This document shows, piece by piece, positions 31,987 through 42,237 of a stretch of DNA of 64,000 nucleotides (position 1 is the first letter of the stretch; each line of letters opens with the position of its first letter). The notes under the pieces are model-generated. The model did no database searches. It had not been told where the DNA came from and saw only the letters and a list, made by a program, of their open reading frames with translations. Made by a program: the position numbers and the translations under genes. Source of the DNA: Waterburya sp. (GTDB lineage: Bacteria; Cyanobacteriota; Cyanobacteriia; Cyanobacteriales; Xenococcaceae); the NCBI GenBank assembly GCA_965217895.1, contig CBDCJV010000002.1:1536001-1600000 (forward strand), given 5' to 3'.

Positions 31987-34116
31987 TTATCCTTTTAAAA
32001 TTGATTTTTCTAATTCTGCAAGTGATGCAGGAAAAATTTTATAAGCAGGAGAGTCGGGTTGTAGTTTGAAGTTATCTTCCTGGGGTGCAACAAATAAGGG
32101 ATCTATAATCAAAGAATAGCGATCGCGCCTTTGCCATTGTTGCCAAGATAAATTACCAAATAAGAAAGCAGATTTATCTGTTTGCCAATAGATATTATGC
32201 TGAAAAACCGCATGAGATTGATAGTCTTTGTTTAAACCAGTAAACAGTTGACCCGATTGCCAATAGATAATATTATTTTCAAACCTAAAGCTGATAAAGT
32301 CTTGCTCGCGAGCAGTTTGCAGGTCTTTTTTATGGCGGTGAATTTGAGATTCTTTTCCAAAGGCAAAGATATTATGACGAATTAGATTTTCTTTGCCGTA
32401 GTGTTGAGCAAAACCGCCGTGGCTAGTGCCATAGACTAGATTGTGTTCTGCCACTATATAAGAACTACCTTCATCCAGATAAATTCCCCAACCACCATAG
32501 CGTAAGGCATTGATATCGTGAATTTTGTTATGGCAAATTTTAGTTCCTTCTTGGCAGCCTAAGATATAAACACCACCCATATCGCTCATGATGGGACCAT
32601 CACCATTGCTTAACTTGCCGATATGGTGAATGTTATTGTCTATAACTAAGTTTTGATAGCTTTGAGTTGGTTGAAAACTCCAATCACCCATAACTGCAAT
32701 ACCAGTATAGTAGTAGTCGTGGATCTGATTGTCAGCTATAAGATTGTGGTGGCTTTTCCACACCGCAATGGCTGCTGCACTGTGAAAAAATTTTCCGCCA
32801 GCATATAGATGATTGTTAACGATTAGATTGTGATGTGTTCCCCCAGCAGTATTTATACCAGAGTTATTTGGGTGTTTATCTCCAATTTTGATCCCCCCAG
32901 CACCCAAATCAAACAAGGAGCAAGAAGAGATTCGGCTGTGTTGGCAGTCTTTGCCTAACTCCAAAGCATAATTGCCCAAATGAGAGAAAGTACAATCATT
33001 CCAGATACAGTTGCGTATAGCGATCGCTCTAACTGCACCTGGCACTTCCCAAGCATTTTGATTATAACCAGAGACGTTAGTAGGTAATTGCCAGTCTGTA
33101 TGAGAGAAAACTAATTGTTCAAAATTTAAATGCTGAATATATTTATTTTCTGCTGCTTCACCTTGAAAAATTAGCAGAGAATCTAGCACGGGAGCAATAA
33201 TTTCGGCGGTATCGATCTCTTCTGCTGGTAATGGCAAATAGTAAAGTTTAGCCTGTAGGCGGTCTAAATACCATTCCCCTGGAGTATTCAACCACTGTAG
33301 GGAATTTTCTAAGTAATATAAATCTCCAGGGGCAAGTTGAAAAACGCTATTTTTACTAAAATAAATCTGACGTTGAGTAGGATCTATTTTAACAACAGGT
33401 AAACGAGACTCTACCCAACGAGTCATCACTACCAGTTCTGCGCCTTCAAAAGCGGTAACGTTAGTATCGAATAAATCTCCTTGGTGATATTCAAAACTAG
33501 AATTTCCCTGTGTCCAAGTTTGTCCTTTAACGTCTACTGCCTTGATCTTTAGGTATCCTTGCTGAGGATAACGCGATCGCGATCGCCTTTTGCCATTTAC
33601 CCATAAATGCTGAAATTGCCATTTAGTCTCAGTGTCTTGGGGTAGCTTTACAGTCCACATTTTAAGCTTGTTAATCGTTTCTTTTTGCCAACCAGCAATT
33701 AATTGACCGCCACTGATAGTTGCTTGCTCTTTGGGGTAAGACTGATAGGTAATTGGCTGATTAATACTGCCTGAATCTTCTGGCTCAAATACTACTGGCT
33801 GAGATAAAAAATAAGTACCGCCTCGCAAGTTTATTTTAATCGGGCGAGCGCTATTTCGTCGTAATTTTAATTCTCTAGCTACTGTTTTCGCTTTAGCTAT
33901 AGTTGCGAATGGACCATCATTATTAAATAAACTTGCTGTTTCCAGCCTTCCTGACCAGGAATCATTACCGTTGAGGGCAACATACAAATTTATTGGCTCT
34001 GCATGGGCAAATAAAGGAGCAGTCAAAGCTGGCTTTTCTGTTGCTTTTAGACCTCTTTTGATGACGACGATGAGCCATCCTAATAAAATCTGTAATAAAA
34101 AAATACGACGCAGCAT
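31987..34116 (-). CDS. Right-handed parallel beta-helix protein (GH141/pectin-lyase-like), probable Tat substrate
   Basis: YVALNGNDSWSG, GPFATI, LRGGTY, DLGAGGIKIG, SDMGGVY, GWGIYLDEGSS. N-terminal LRRIFL. Confidence 0.85.
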   Translation of the reverse strand: MLRRIFLLQILLGWLIVVIKRGLKATEKPALTAPLFAHAEPINLYVALNGNDSWSGRLETASLFNNDGPFATIAKAKTVARELKLRRNSARPIKINLRGGTYFLSQPVVFEPEDSGSINQPITYQSYPKEQATISGGQLIAGWQKETINKLKMWTVKLPQDTETKWQFQHLWVNGKRRSRSRYPQQGYLKIKAVDVKGQTWTQGNSSFEYHQGDLFDTNVTAFEGAELVVMTRWVESRLPVVKIDPTQRQIYFSKNSVFQLAPGDLYYLENSLQWLNTPGEWYLDRLQAKLYYLPLPAEEIDTAEIIAPVLDSLLIFQGEAAENKYIQHLNFEQLVFSHTDWQLPTNVSGYNQNAWEVPGAVRAIAIRNCIWNDCTFSHLGNYALELGKDCQHSRISSCSLFDLGAGGIKIGDKHPNNSGINTAGGTHHNLIVNNHLYAGGKFFHSAAAIAVWKSHHNLIADNQIHDYYYTGIAVMGDWSFQPTQSYQNLVIDNNIHHIGKLSNGDGPIMSDMGGVYILGCQEGTKICHNKIHDINALRYGGWGIYLDEGSSYIVAEHNLVYGTSHGGFAQHYGKENLIRHNIFAFGKESQIHRHKKDLQTAREQDFISFRFENNIIYWQSGQLFTGLNKDYQSHAVFQHNIYWQTDKSAFLFGNLSWQQWQRRDRYSLIIDPLFVAPQEDNFKLQPDSPAYKIFPASLAELEKSILKG

Positions 34117-34121
34117 AATAG

Positions 34122-34251
34122 TACAGTTAGAGTAGTTTGGACAGTTTTCTTTGACTACAAACTACAAACTACAAACTCAATATTACAGTTAGAGTAGTTT
34201 GGACAGTTTTCTTTGACTACAAACTACGAACTACAAACTCAATATTACAGT
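34122..34251. repeat. 62-bp tandem duplication (2 copies plus 6 nt)
   Basis: 34122-34183 equals 34184-34245 with one mismatch; each copy holds ACTACAA x3. Confidence 0.92.
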
Positions 34252-34339
34252 GTCATAAATTTGAGCTTTAATAGTAATGAACTTTTATTAGACATTGTTT
34301 TGGATTTGAGTCTATTTCCAAGTCAATGATAAATTGTAA

Positions 34340-35737
34340 ATGATCAATGAAATGACTCAAGCTCAACCCTCCCTAGAGTTTGTTCCCCCAGACTATAATT
34401 CTTTAGTGTGGCAAGTGGCAAAGTTAATATCGCCATTCTGGTTACGTTACAACCTTAATATTGTTAGCGTCAAGATTGATAACGCCACGGAATTGATTAA
34501 TTTATTTAGTCAATTTCAGCAGGGAAAAACTCGGTTTATGCTGGCATTTCGTCATCCTGCTGTTACCGATCCTCCCTGTATTGCTCAGTTGTTATGGAAT
34601 CAGTTACCCCAGATAGCTAACCAACAAGGAGTAAATTTAAAATCTCCCGTACACGCTCACTTTATTTACGATCGCGGTATTCCTCTTTGGGCAGGTAATA
34701 AAGTAGGCTGGGGAATCTCTAAATTAGGGGGGACTCCCATTCGCAGGGGTGCATTGGATCGAGTTGGTTTACGTTCGGTGCGAGATTTATTTGTGCATGG
34801 CAAGTTGCCCATGGCTGCTGCACCCGAAGGCGCAACTAACGGTCATAATGATTTAATTAGTCCTCTAGAGCCTGGTATTGCTCAGTTTGGCTTTTGGTGC
34901 AAGGAAGATTTGCTCAAGGCTGATCGTGCTGAAAATGTGGCGATCGCCCCTTTAGGCATAAGATATTATTATCAAACCGCACCCTGGCAATATTTAGATG
35001 AATTGCTAGCTCAATTAGAAGTCGATAGTGGCTTACTAGATATCATCCCAAACAGCATGGGATTAGCAAACGGTGTTGCCCCTACCAAAAGCCAAGAAGA
35101 TATTCTTTATCAAAGACTTTATACTCTAGCAGAATATCTTTTAGCTTTAATGGAGGAGTTTTATAGTAAGTTTTATCAGCAGCAGCTAGTTGCCAAAAAT
35201 CAAGATTTACCTAGTCGCCTTCAGGCTTTATTAGATGCTGCTTTAAAGGTGGCTGAACAGTCTTTGGGAGTTAAACCTAATGGGAGCATCAGCGATCGCT
35301 GTCGTCGTGTAGAACAGGCAGGCTGGAATCGTATTTATCGCGACGATCTATCAACATTAGATAATCTTGCCCCTGCCGTCAAAGGTTTGGCGGATCTGAT
35401 CGCCTTAGAAGCAGAGTTGCGCTTGTGGCATATGCGCTTGGTAGAAAATTTTGTCAGCGTCACAGGACACTACGTAGCCGAAAAGCGAACTGTAGAAAGG
35501 TTCGCCGACACTATTTTACTATTGTGGAAAATGGTAGCCCGACTTAAGGGAGAATCTGACGGTAAAACCCCTTATCTTGGTAAAAAAACTGTCCAGATGA
35601 CGGCTATGCCCGCGCTTTTTATCGATCAATACTGGGAACAATATAAATCTAATCGTCGCCTAGCAGTTGAAGATCTAACCCAAGATCTTAGCTCAGCTTT
35701 AGGAAAATCAATTGATAGCAGTACAAACTGTGCTTAA
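34340..35737 (+). CDS. Glycerolipid acyltransferase (PlsC-like) family protein
   Basis: FRHPAVTD (HX4D), APEG, APLGIRY. Confidence 0.85.
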   Translation: MINEMTQAQPSLEFVPPDYNSLVWQVAKLISPFWLRYNLNIVSVKIDNATELINLFSQFQQGKTRFMLAFRHPAVTDPPCIAQLLWNQLPQIANQQGVNLKSPVHAHFIYDRGIPLWAGNKVGWGISKLGGTPIRRGALDRVGLRSVRDLFVHGKLPMAAAPEGATNGHNDLISPLEPGIAQFGFWCKEDLLKADRAENVAIAPLGIRYYYQTAPWQYLDELLAQLEVDSGLLDIIPNSMGLANGVAPTKSQEDILYQRLYTLAEYLLALMEEFYSKFYQQQLVAKNQDLPSRLQALLDAALKVAEQSLGVKPNGSISDRCRRVEQAGWNRIYRDDLSTLDNLAPAVKGLADLIALEAELRLWHMRLVENFVSVTGHYVAEKRTVERFADTILLLWKMVARLKGESDGKTPYLGKKTVQMTAMPALFIDQYWEQYKSNRRLAVEDLTQDLSSALGKSIDSSTNCA

Positions 35738-35750
35738 AATAATACGAATC

Positions 35751-35777
35751 GTAGGGGCAATCGCGATTCGCCCCTAC
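35751..35777. repeat. REP-like palindrome
   Basis: GTAGGGGCAATCGCGATTCGCCCCTAC. Confidence 0.8.
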
Positions 35778-35802
35778 ATAAACCTGATGTCATATTTTAA
35801 AA

Positions 35803-37134
35803 ATGAAACTTCTCTACCGCCTGTTTTGTTTTAGCTATGGAATACAGCAGTGGTTAGTTAGACGTTTTACTACTGGTGGATTCGCTATTTTAGTTTGCCT
35901 GTTGGCTGCTGCAATCATTGGTCTGGATACTAAGCAGACTATGGCATATCAGGTTTTTGCTTTTCTGTTGGCGGTTTTAATTATGGCGATCGCCTTTAGC
36001 TTTTATTTCCGCTGGCGATTCAGCGCAACCCGCACATTACCCAGGTTTGCTACAGTCGGCGTTAAAGTTTTTTATCCCCTAGTTATTACTAACAAAACTA
36101 AGAAAATACAGACGGGATTAAAATTCATCGAAGAGATTGCTCATCCTAAATTAAGTTTAGGCGAATTTAAGCAAGTAGTAAAATCTTCTACCAAAAAAGG
36201 CAGAATTAATTCGATCACCTATATTTATATTCGTTGGTTAAAAGCGATCGCTCGCCAAAGAAAAGCTCAAGCCAAGGCGATCAATTTACCTATCCTCAAG
36301 CCCGACATCGAAACCAAAATTCGAGGCGAAATCACGCCAACTCATCGAGGAGTCGTTCGACTGACCCGAATTACAATTTTACGCCCCGATCCATTTAATT
36401 TATTTAATGCCATAAAAACCATCAGCCTGCCTCAATCACTATTAGTTTTACCCCAAAGATATCAGCTACCAATAATTAATTTACCAGGATCGAGAATGTC
36501 TCAATCTGGTAGCGTTAGTTTAGCTTCTTCTGTAGGCGATTCAGAAGAGTTTGTCTCTTTGCGAGATTATCGCCCAGGCGATCCCCTACGTAAAATTCAT
36601 TGGCAAAGCTGGGCAAAAACAGGTAAACCAGTAGTTAAGGAAGAAAAAAGCGAGTATTTTGTGCGTCATGCCCTAGTACTAGATACTTTCCAATCCCAAA
36701 GCCAAAGCGAAATTCTCGAAGAAGCCATTTCTGTAGCAGCATCTTTTGCTTGGGATCTCCATACTCAAGAATCATTGTTGGATCTCATGTTTGTAGGCAT
36801 AGAATCTTATTGCTTTACGGCTGGGAGAGGTTTGGGCAGTAGCGAACAAATGCTAGAGATTTTAGCAGGGGTTACGGCTTGTCAGGATAAAACTTTTAAT
36901 TATCTAACTGCTGCCCTAATAGAGCGAATATCAGTGCTGAGTGGCTGTATTTGTATTTTTATTGATTGGGATGAAGAAAGAAAGAAGCTAGTGGAATATC
37001 TCCAAGGATTTAAAATTCCGCTTTTGCTGTTGCTCATTACCCAGGAAGAAAAGCAGTACAGTCATCTCAATGTAGAAAATTTACATATATTACCATTGGG
37101 CAAAATACAGTCAGCACTTATGAATATTAGTTAG
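35803..37134 (+). CDS. DUF58 domain-containing protein
   Basis: EFVSLRDYRPGDPLRKIHW..WAK.GK.VVKE; N-terminal TM pair. Confidence 0.92.
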   Translation: MKLLYRLFCFSYGIQQWLVRRFTTGGFAILVCLLAAAIIGLDTKQTMAYQVFAFLLAVLIMAIAFSFYFRWRFSATRTLPRFATVGVKVFYPLVITNKTKKIQTGLKFIEEIAHPKLSLGEFKQVVKSSTKKGRINSITYIYIRWLKAIARQRKAQAKAINLPILKPDIETKIRGEITPTHRGVVRLTRITILRPDPFNLFNAIKTISLPQSLLVLPQRYQLPIINLPGSRMSQSGSVSLASSVGDSEEFVSLRDYRPGDPLRKIHWQSWAKTGKPVVKEEKSEYFVRHALVLDTFQSQSQSEILEEAISVAASFAWDLHTQESLLDLMFVGIESYCFTAGRGLGSSEQMLEILAGVTACQDKTFNYLTAALIERISVLSGCICIFIDWDEERKKLVEYLQGFKIPLLLLLITQEEKQYSHLNVENLHILPLGKIQSALMNIS

Positions 37135-37143
37135 TTTTTAGCT

Positions 37144-37178
37144 AAAAAAAACTCCCAGTAGTTTAATACTGAGAGTTT
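37144..37178. terminator. Terminator between convergent genes
   Basis: AAACTCCCAGTA-GTTTAA-TACTGAGAGTTT preceded by an A run. Confidence 0.7.
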
Positions 37179-37224
37179 CGATAAAACTGAATATTAGGTC
37201 GCTGAATTTAAATTCAACGCTAAG

Positions 37225-38889
37225 TTAATTATTTTTAAAAGAATTAACCCAAGATTTGAGTTCTTCTCTAGCGACTTCTCGACCACCTAAGCCAAATGCC
37301 AGAGCGATCGCCACAGCAATTCCCCCTAGAATCAACCCGAAAGCCAGGTTAACAATATTAGGAGCAATTCCCATACGGTTTAACGCCATCGCGCCTACAA
37401 GAGTAATAATCGCCACACGAGCAGATTGTGCCAGCAAACGCGATTGAGTAGTTCCTGAAGCTACGATCATTTTGTAAGCAAAATTTGCCAGGTACAGACC
37501 AATAGCAAAGACAACTACTCCAATCAAAACTTGGCCAGCGATCGCTAGAATGATGCGGAAGACATCTTCTAAGGCAGGGATTCCTAGAATATTTACGGCT
37601 GTTAAAGTGGCAACCAGCATGATTGCTACTAAACAAATCAAGCCAACTAACTCTGAAGGCGTTTTGGAACTTACACTAGGTCCAGTTTGAATTCTGGTAG
37701 GTTGCTCGCTAGCTAAACCTAATTCTACTGGTCTGTCTAAAGGTTGCGATCCTGAAGGAGGAAAGTCAGTGCCAGCACCAGCAGTAGTAGATGATATTCC
37801 TAGCCACTGGAACAAGTTGTTAAAGCCAATATTAGTCAGAATATTGGTAACAAATTCAGATACAAACTGTCCTGCAAAGTAGAAGAAAGCAAGAACTATA
37901 GCTGCTGCAAATAGTTTTGGAACCAAGTCTAAAACTTGATTCAGCATCTCAGTAGCAGGTTCTGAGATAGCACTAATTTGTAACTGTTGTAAGGCAGAAA
38001 TAATACCTGGAATCAAAATCAGTACAAAAACTACTGTGCCGATAATGGAAGATAAAGATTGGCTTCCAGTAGTACGCCCTAGTCCAACTTTACGACCGAT
38101 ATTATCTACACCAGTAGCAGCTAATAGATTAGTGACAATGCGCTTGACAATAGTTGCTACAAACCAAAATACAGCAGCAATTATGATTGCTCCTAAAATA
38201 TTTGGCAATAGTGCCAAAATCTCATTGAGCATTCCTTGAACTGGCTCAAGGGTTCCGTTTAACTCTAGTGCATTAAGTATTGCTGGAAGGAACAAAAGAA
38301 AGATCAGCCAATATAGGGCATTGCCTAAAGTATCAGTCAAGGAAAAATCGCCAGTGTCTGACGAAGTTAAGCCTAAACGCTGCTCTATATTCAACGCGCC
38401 CAATCCTCTAGTCACTATTGTTTTGACAACAGTTGCTACTACCCAAGCAATACCCAGTAAAAAGGCTGCTCCCAAAATTTTGGGAATAAAGCCTGTTATC
38501 TGGTCTAAGAGCGTATTTAAAGGGCCAGATACCGCCTGCAAATTAAGCGTATTCAAAGCAGCTATAATGACAAAGAGCATTATTAGCCAGAAGCATAAGG
38601 TGGCAATCCAGCTTTCAATCGGGAAAGACTCTCCGCCTCTTTGCCCTGTAACAGCAGCAGCAATTCGATTATCTATACTGGTGCTGTTAAGTATCTTTTT
38701 AACAACTCCTTTGACAATGGCGGCTATAATCCAGCCGACAATCAAGATAAGAAGTGCTTTAACAAAGCTCCAGATATCAACTCCTAATTGACCCTGAAGT
38801 TGCTGTATGGGATTTGCCTGAGCCTGAGGATTTGCCTGAGCCAAAAGCAAAGGATCTAGGAACGAAATATTACTAAGTATTTGTGTCAT
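37225..38889 (-). CDS. CmpX / TM-helix repeat mechanosensitive channel-like membrane protein
   Basis: Repeated 'P.ILGA..I....W.VA..V' units; C-terminal AIALAFGLGGRE. Confidence 0.88.
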   Translation of the reverse strand: MTQILSNISFLDPLLLAQANPQAQANPIQQLQGQLGVDIWSFVKALLILIVGWIIAAIVKGVVKKILNSTSIDNRIAAAVTGQRGGESFPIESWIATLCFWLIMLFVIIAALNTLNLQAVSGPLNTLLDQITGFIPKILGAAFLLGIAWVVATVVKTIVTRGLGALNIEQRLGLTSSDTGDFSLTDTLGNALYWLIFLLFLPAILNALELNGTLEPVQGMLNEILALLPNILGAIIIAAVFWFVATIVKRIVTNLLAATGVDNIGRKVGLGRTTGSQSLSSIIGTVVFVLILIPGIISALQQLQISAISEPATEMLNQVLDLVPKLFAAAIVLAFFYFAGQFVSEFVTNILTNIGFNNLFQWLGISSTTAGAGTDFPPSGSQPLDRPVELGLASEQPTRIQTGPSVSSKTPSELVGLICLVAIMLVATLTAVNILGIPALEDVFRIILAIAGQVLIGVVVFAIGLYLANFAYKMIVASGTTQSRLLAQSARVAIITLVGAMALNRMGIAPNIVNLAFGLILGGIAVAIALAFGLGGREVAREELKSWVNSFKNN

Positions 38890-39222
38890 GTTTGTTTAGT
38901 TTTAATTCATCTAGTTATTCTCGCCATAAATAGTAGCGGGAATCAATACAGATGTCTTGTTATTTTTACAAGTAAGTATATTTTCCTGTGGTAATTATGC
39001 CAAATCAAATCCCAGATGCTTAAAAAATTAATGTTCTTAGCTTTTTTTCAGCCAATTTGCTGAGTTTAAACTTAATATTTTTATACCTTTTTCCAAAATC
39101 ACAATAAATTTGCAGTGTCTAATTTTACAAAAACTGGCTGATTATCTAAAAATAAAGAGAAGATTAAATATATAGTACCTACATTTGTTATCGGATTTAT
39201 ATTCGTATTTTCGCTCAAACCT

Positions 39223-39684
39223 ATGGCATCTCCTCAAATTTTTGAACAGTCTATTAAAATCAAAGCCAGTTCTGTAATCACCGAAGAATGTATAACAAAC
39301 TTAAAATTAATGCACCGTTGGCTAAATCCAATGCTTAAGTGTGAACCAATTGGCGTTTGGAGTACGAGTGTAGGCAGCCTGAGTCGTTTTACGCTTAAAA
39401 TTCCTCTATTACAGCCAAGTCTTAGAAGCGTTGTGATCGAAAAAGAACCAGGTCTAATTGTCTGGGAATTTGATGGTTTTTTTAAAGGACGCGATCGCTG
39501 GGAATGTCAACCGACTAAAGATGGTACGTTTCTTTTAAATCGTTTTGAATTTGCTATCCCTAACCCTATTATTGGCTGGGGATTTAACAATTTTGCGGTA
39601 AATTTAACCAAAAAAGATATGCAGGCACAGCTAAGAAGATTAAAAAGAGTGGCAGAGGAAGTCTATCGTGATAGTGACAACTAA
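39223..39684 (+). CDS. SRPBCC family protein
   Basis: FEQSI.I.A, M.RWLNP.L.C, W.F.GFF.G.DRW, DM.AQL.RLK. Confidence 0.85.
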   Translation: MASPQIFEQSIKIKASSVITEECITNLKLMHRWLNPMLKCEPIGVWSTSVGSLSRFTLKIPLLQPSLRSVVIEKEPGLIVWEFDGFFKGRDRWECQPTKDGTFLLNRFEFAIPNPIIGWGFNNFAVNLTKKDMQAQLRRLKRVAEEVYRDSDN

Positions 39685-39685
39685 T

Positions 39686-39732
39686 GTAGGGGCAATTAGC
39701 GTTGGCGAAGCCTTCTCGAATATCGCCCCTAC
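39686..39732. repeat. REP-like palindrome with about 20-nt internal insertion
   Basis: GTAGGGGCAATT-AGCGTTGGCGAAGCCTTCTCG-AATATCGCCCCTAC. Confidence 0.75.
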
Positions 39733-42083
39733 TGATTATGCAAAAGTTGTCTATTAATCGTCGGCAAGGGGACTTTGTAAAAGTATTGCCGTTGAAAATT
39801 CTCTTCTTTTATGGTTAACAAAAAAGTGTCTATTTGATTATTCAGATTGGCATCGAGATTTTCTTCAAAGGCAAACTGATATAAATTATCTTTTATTTGG
39901 CATTGAAAACCCAACGTCTTAAGAGCCTGCAATCCTAGATTAAAACTATAGTCGCTTAAGTTTAATTTTGCTTGTATTTGAGCTTTAGTCACCTGTTTTT
40001 GAGTACGGCTTAAAAATTTGGCAATACCTACTAGCTGCTGCCAGACCTCTGTAACATCTGGTAATTTATCAGATGTATATGCCAGGACAAGAGAGCGATC
40101 GCGATTTACTGCCTGATGGTACGAAGAGCGAATATCACCCCAGTTATTAGGACACTGCTCTAGGAGGTTAACCTGAGATAAGGGTACTTCTAAATTGTTT
40201 AATTTTTGAGGAGCAAAACGACGATCTATAACTGCAGGTGCTTGTTCAAAAGTAGAATCGATTGAAGAACTTTCTGACATTAAACGTACTGCGACCAATC
40301 TAATTTCATACTGTTTACTGTAGGTATTAAAATCCAATTCGGCGATCGCTTCACATTTTCCCGTGACGGGTATTTCGTCTTTATAATGTCCCCACCAAAG
40401 ACCAGGAAATCCCTGATTGGCTGAATCATCCCAAATATTAAAAGTAGTCCTGATATATTGAACTTGTTGTCCGCGACTATCTTTAATATTTTTATTCCAA
40501 GCATTTTTAAACCAGCAGTTTTTAATTAATAACTTAGGAATAGGATTTCCCATTCCATAGGGTTCAAGCTGTCTTAATTCATTAAATAAATCTTCTCCCA
40601 AATCCGCCACCGTAACTACCAAATCCGCTTCAATTTGAGGCATCATAGCTGAGACATCAGTTTGCTGTCTTAGTTGCTGGTTTATGCCTTGCTTAAACAA
40701 ATTTAGATTAGCTAGAGGCAAACTCAATCCCGCAGCAAAAGGATGTCCCCCAAAGCGATGTAACAGATCGGACTGGGATTTAACTAACTTATATAAATCG
40801 ATCCCGTTGACAGATCTTGCCGATCCTCTTGCCATTATTTCTTCTGAATTATCACTGTTATCCTGTGTGGTTGCCTTTTTGTTTGCGCTATCGCTACTTA
40901 ACAAAACCGTCGGACGACCATATTCTTGGGCAATTTGTCCCGCAGCCAAACCCAATAATCCTCCCTGCCATTGAGGATCTTCGAGGACAATTACCGAGGT
41001 GGTAGATAAATCTAATTGCTCTAACTTTTTAGTAACCTGTTTAATGGTGTCCTTTTGTAGAGACTTGCGCCGAGTATTAGCCAATTCTGCTTCTTCAGCT
41101 AGCTGGCTGCATTTTTGAGCATCACGACTAGTAAGCAACTCCACACAAAAACTAGCATCACCATGAATACGGCTAACAGCATTAATTCTAGGCCCTAAGC
41201 CAAACGAAATATCCGTCGGGCGATCGCCATTTCGACGGCATAAATCTAATAATTTAGCTACCCCTGGACGAGTCATAGTCTCTGCTTTGACCTGTTTTTG
41301 TAGCTGCTTAATTCCCACCTGTGCTAAATAGCGACAGTCGCCTTTCAACTCAACCAAGTCGGCAATTAGACCAATGGCAACCAGATCTAATAAATTCTCT
41401 AATGGCTGTTGGGGAACATCGGGTAAAGCTGTATATAAAGCTTCAACCAGTTTGTATGCCACTGCTACCCCAGAAAGATTATATAAAGGGTGATCGGTTG
41501 CTAAATAACGAGGATTGATAATTGCTGTTACTTCGGGACGAGTTTCAGGCAAAGTATGATGATCGGTAACGATAATATCAATACCTAGATGCTTTGCATA
41601 TTCAATCTCTGCTAAATTTGTACTCCCCGTGTCGCAGGTAACAATTAACTTTGTCCCCGCCTCTGCCAATCTAGCTATGCCAGAATTATTTAAACCGTGA
41701 GACTCGGTAATTCGATTGGGAATATAGTAATCAAGCTGCAAATATTGCGGAAAAAACTGTCCTAGTCCATCCCATAAAACGCTAGTAGAAGTGATACCAT
41801 CCGCATCAAAGTCCCCCCAGATCGTAACCTTTTGAGAGCGATCGCGAGCCTGCTGTAGACGCTTTATCGCCCAATCCATTTCTATACCAAAAGCACTAGG
41901 ACTACTAGGCTGATATTGAGTAGGATCGAGAAATCCCGATAGGCGATCTAAATCTTGGATTCCTCTTTGCCACAGCAATTGCGCGACATACTGAGAACTT
42001 CTACCCGTAATCTTTGCCACCCCTTCAATAAATTCCTGGGGTATATCTGATGCCGATAAAATCTTCCACTTGGCGTTTAACAT
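39729..42083 (-). CDS. recJ: Single-stranded-DNA-specific exonuclease RecJ
   Basis: GDFDADG, TCDTG, TDHH, GSARS, GGHPFAAG, EPYGMGNP. Confidence 0.96.
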   Translation of the reverse strand: MLNAKWKILSASDIPQEFIEGVAKITGRSSQYVAQLLWQRGIQDLDRLSGFLDPTQYQPSSPSAFGIEMDWAIKRLQQARDRSQKVTIWGDFDADGITSTSVLWDGLGQFFPQYLQLDYYIPNRITESHGLNNSGIARLAEAGTKLIVTCDTGSTNLAEIEYAKHLGIDIIVTDHHTLPETRPEVTAIINPRYLATDHPLYNLSGVAVAYKLVEALYTALPDVPQQPLENLLDLVAIGLIADLVELKGDCRYLAQVGIKQLQKQVKAETMTRPGVAKLLDLCRRNGDRPTDISFGLGPRINAVSRIHGDASFCVELLTSRDAQKCSQLAEEAELANTRRKSLQKDTIKQVTKKLEQLDLSTTSVIVLEDPQWQGGLLGLAAGQIAQEYGRPTVLLSSDSANKKATTQDNSDNSEEIMARGSARSVNGIDLYKLVKSQSDLLHRFGGHPFAAGLSLPLANLNLFKQGINQQLRQQTDVSAMMPQIEADLVVTVADLGEDLFNELRQLEPYGMGNPIPKLLIKNCWFKNAWNKNIKDSRGQQVQYIRTTFNIWDDSANQGFPGLWWGHYKDEIPVTGKCEAIAELDFNTYSKQYEIRLVAVRLMSESSSIDSTFEQAPAVIDRRFAPQKLNNLEVPLSQVNLLEQCPNNWGDIRSSYHQAVNRDRSLVLAYTSDKLPDVTEVWQQLVGIAKFLSRTQKQVTKAQIQAKLNLSDYSFNLGLQALKTLGFQCQIKDNLYQFAFEENLDANLNNQIDTFLLTIKEENFQRQYFYKVPLPTINRQLLHNQ

Positions 42084-42127
42084 TTATTAGTAATTGTAAG
42101 ACTGCTTAAATTACATTTTCTTAGACA

Positions 42128-42196
42128 TATTCTAATTCGCACAGAGTATATTTCTTAGAAGCTAAGAGCTAAGAGCTAAAAGCTGATAGCTAAAAA
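42128..42196. repeat. Heptamer tandem repeat (AGCTAAG-type)
   Basis: AGCTAAG AGCTAAG AGCTAAA AGCTGAT AGCTAAA near 42160-42195; a similar tract lies at 53518-53551. Confidence 0.6.
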
Positions 42197-42237
42197 CAAT
42201 AACATTAACGATTCCAAACTTTCAATTACAAATACCT

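Noticed and set aside
34122..34251. Possible CRISPR mini-array
   Set aside because: The copies are contiguous with no spacers and there are no cas genes; it is a tandem duplication.
38321..38791. 156-aa antisense ORF within the CmpX-like gene
   Set aside because: Typical antisense shadow of a hydrophobic membrane gene.
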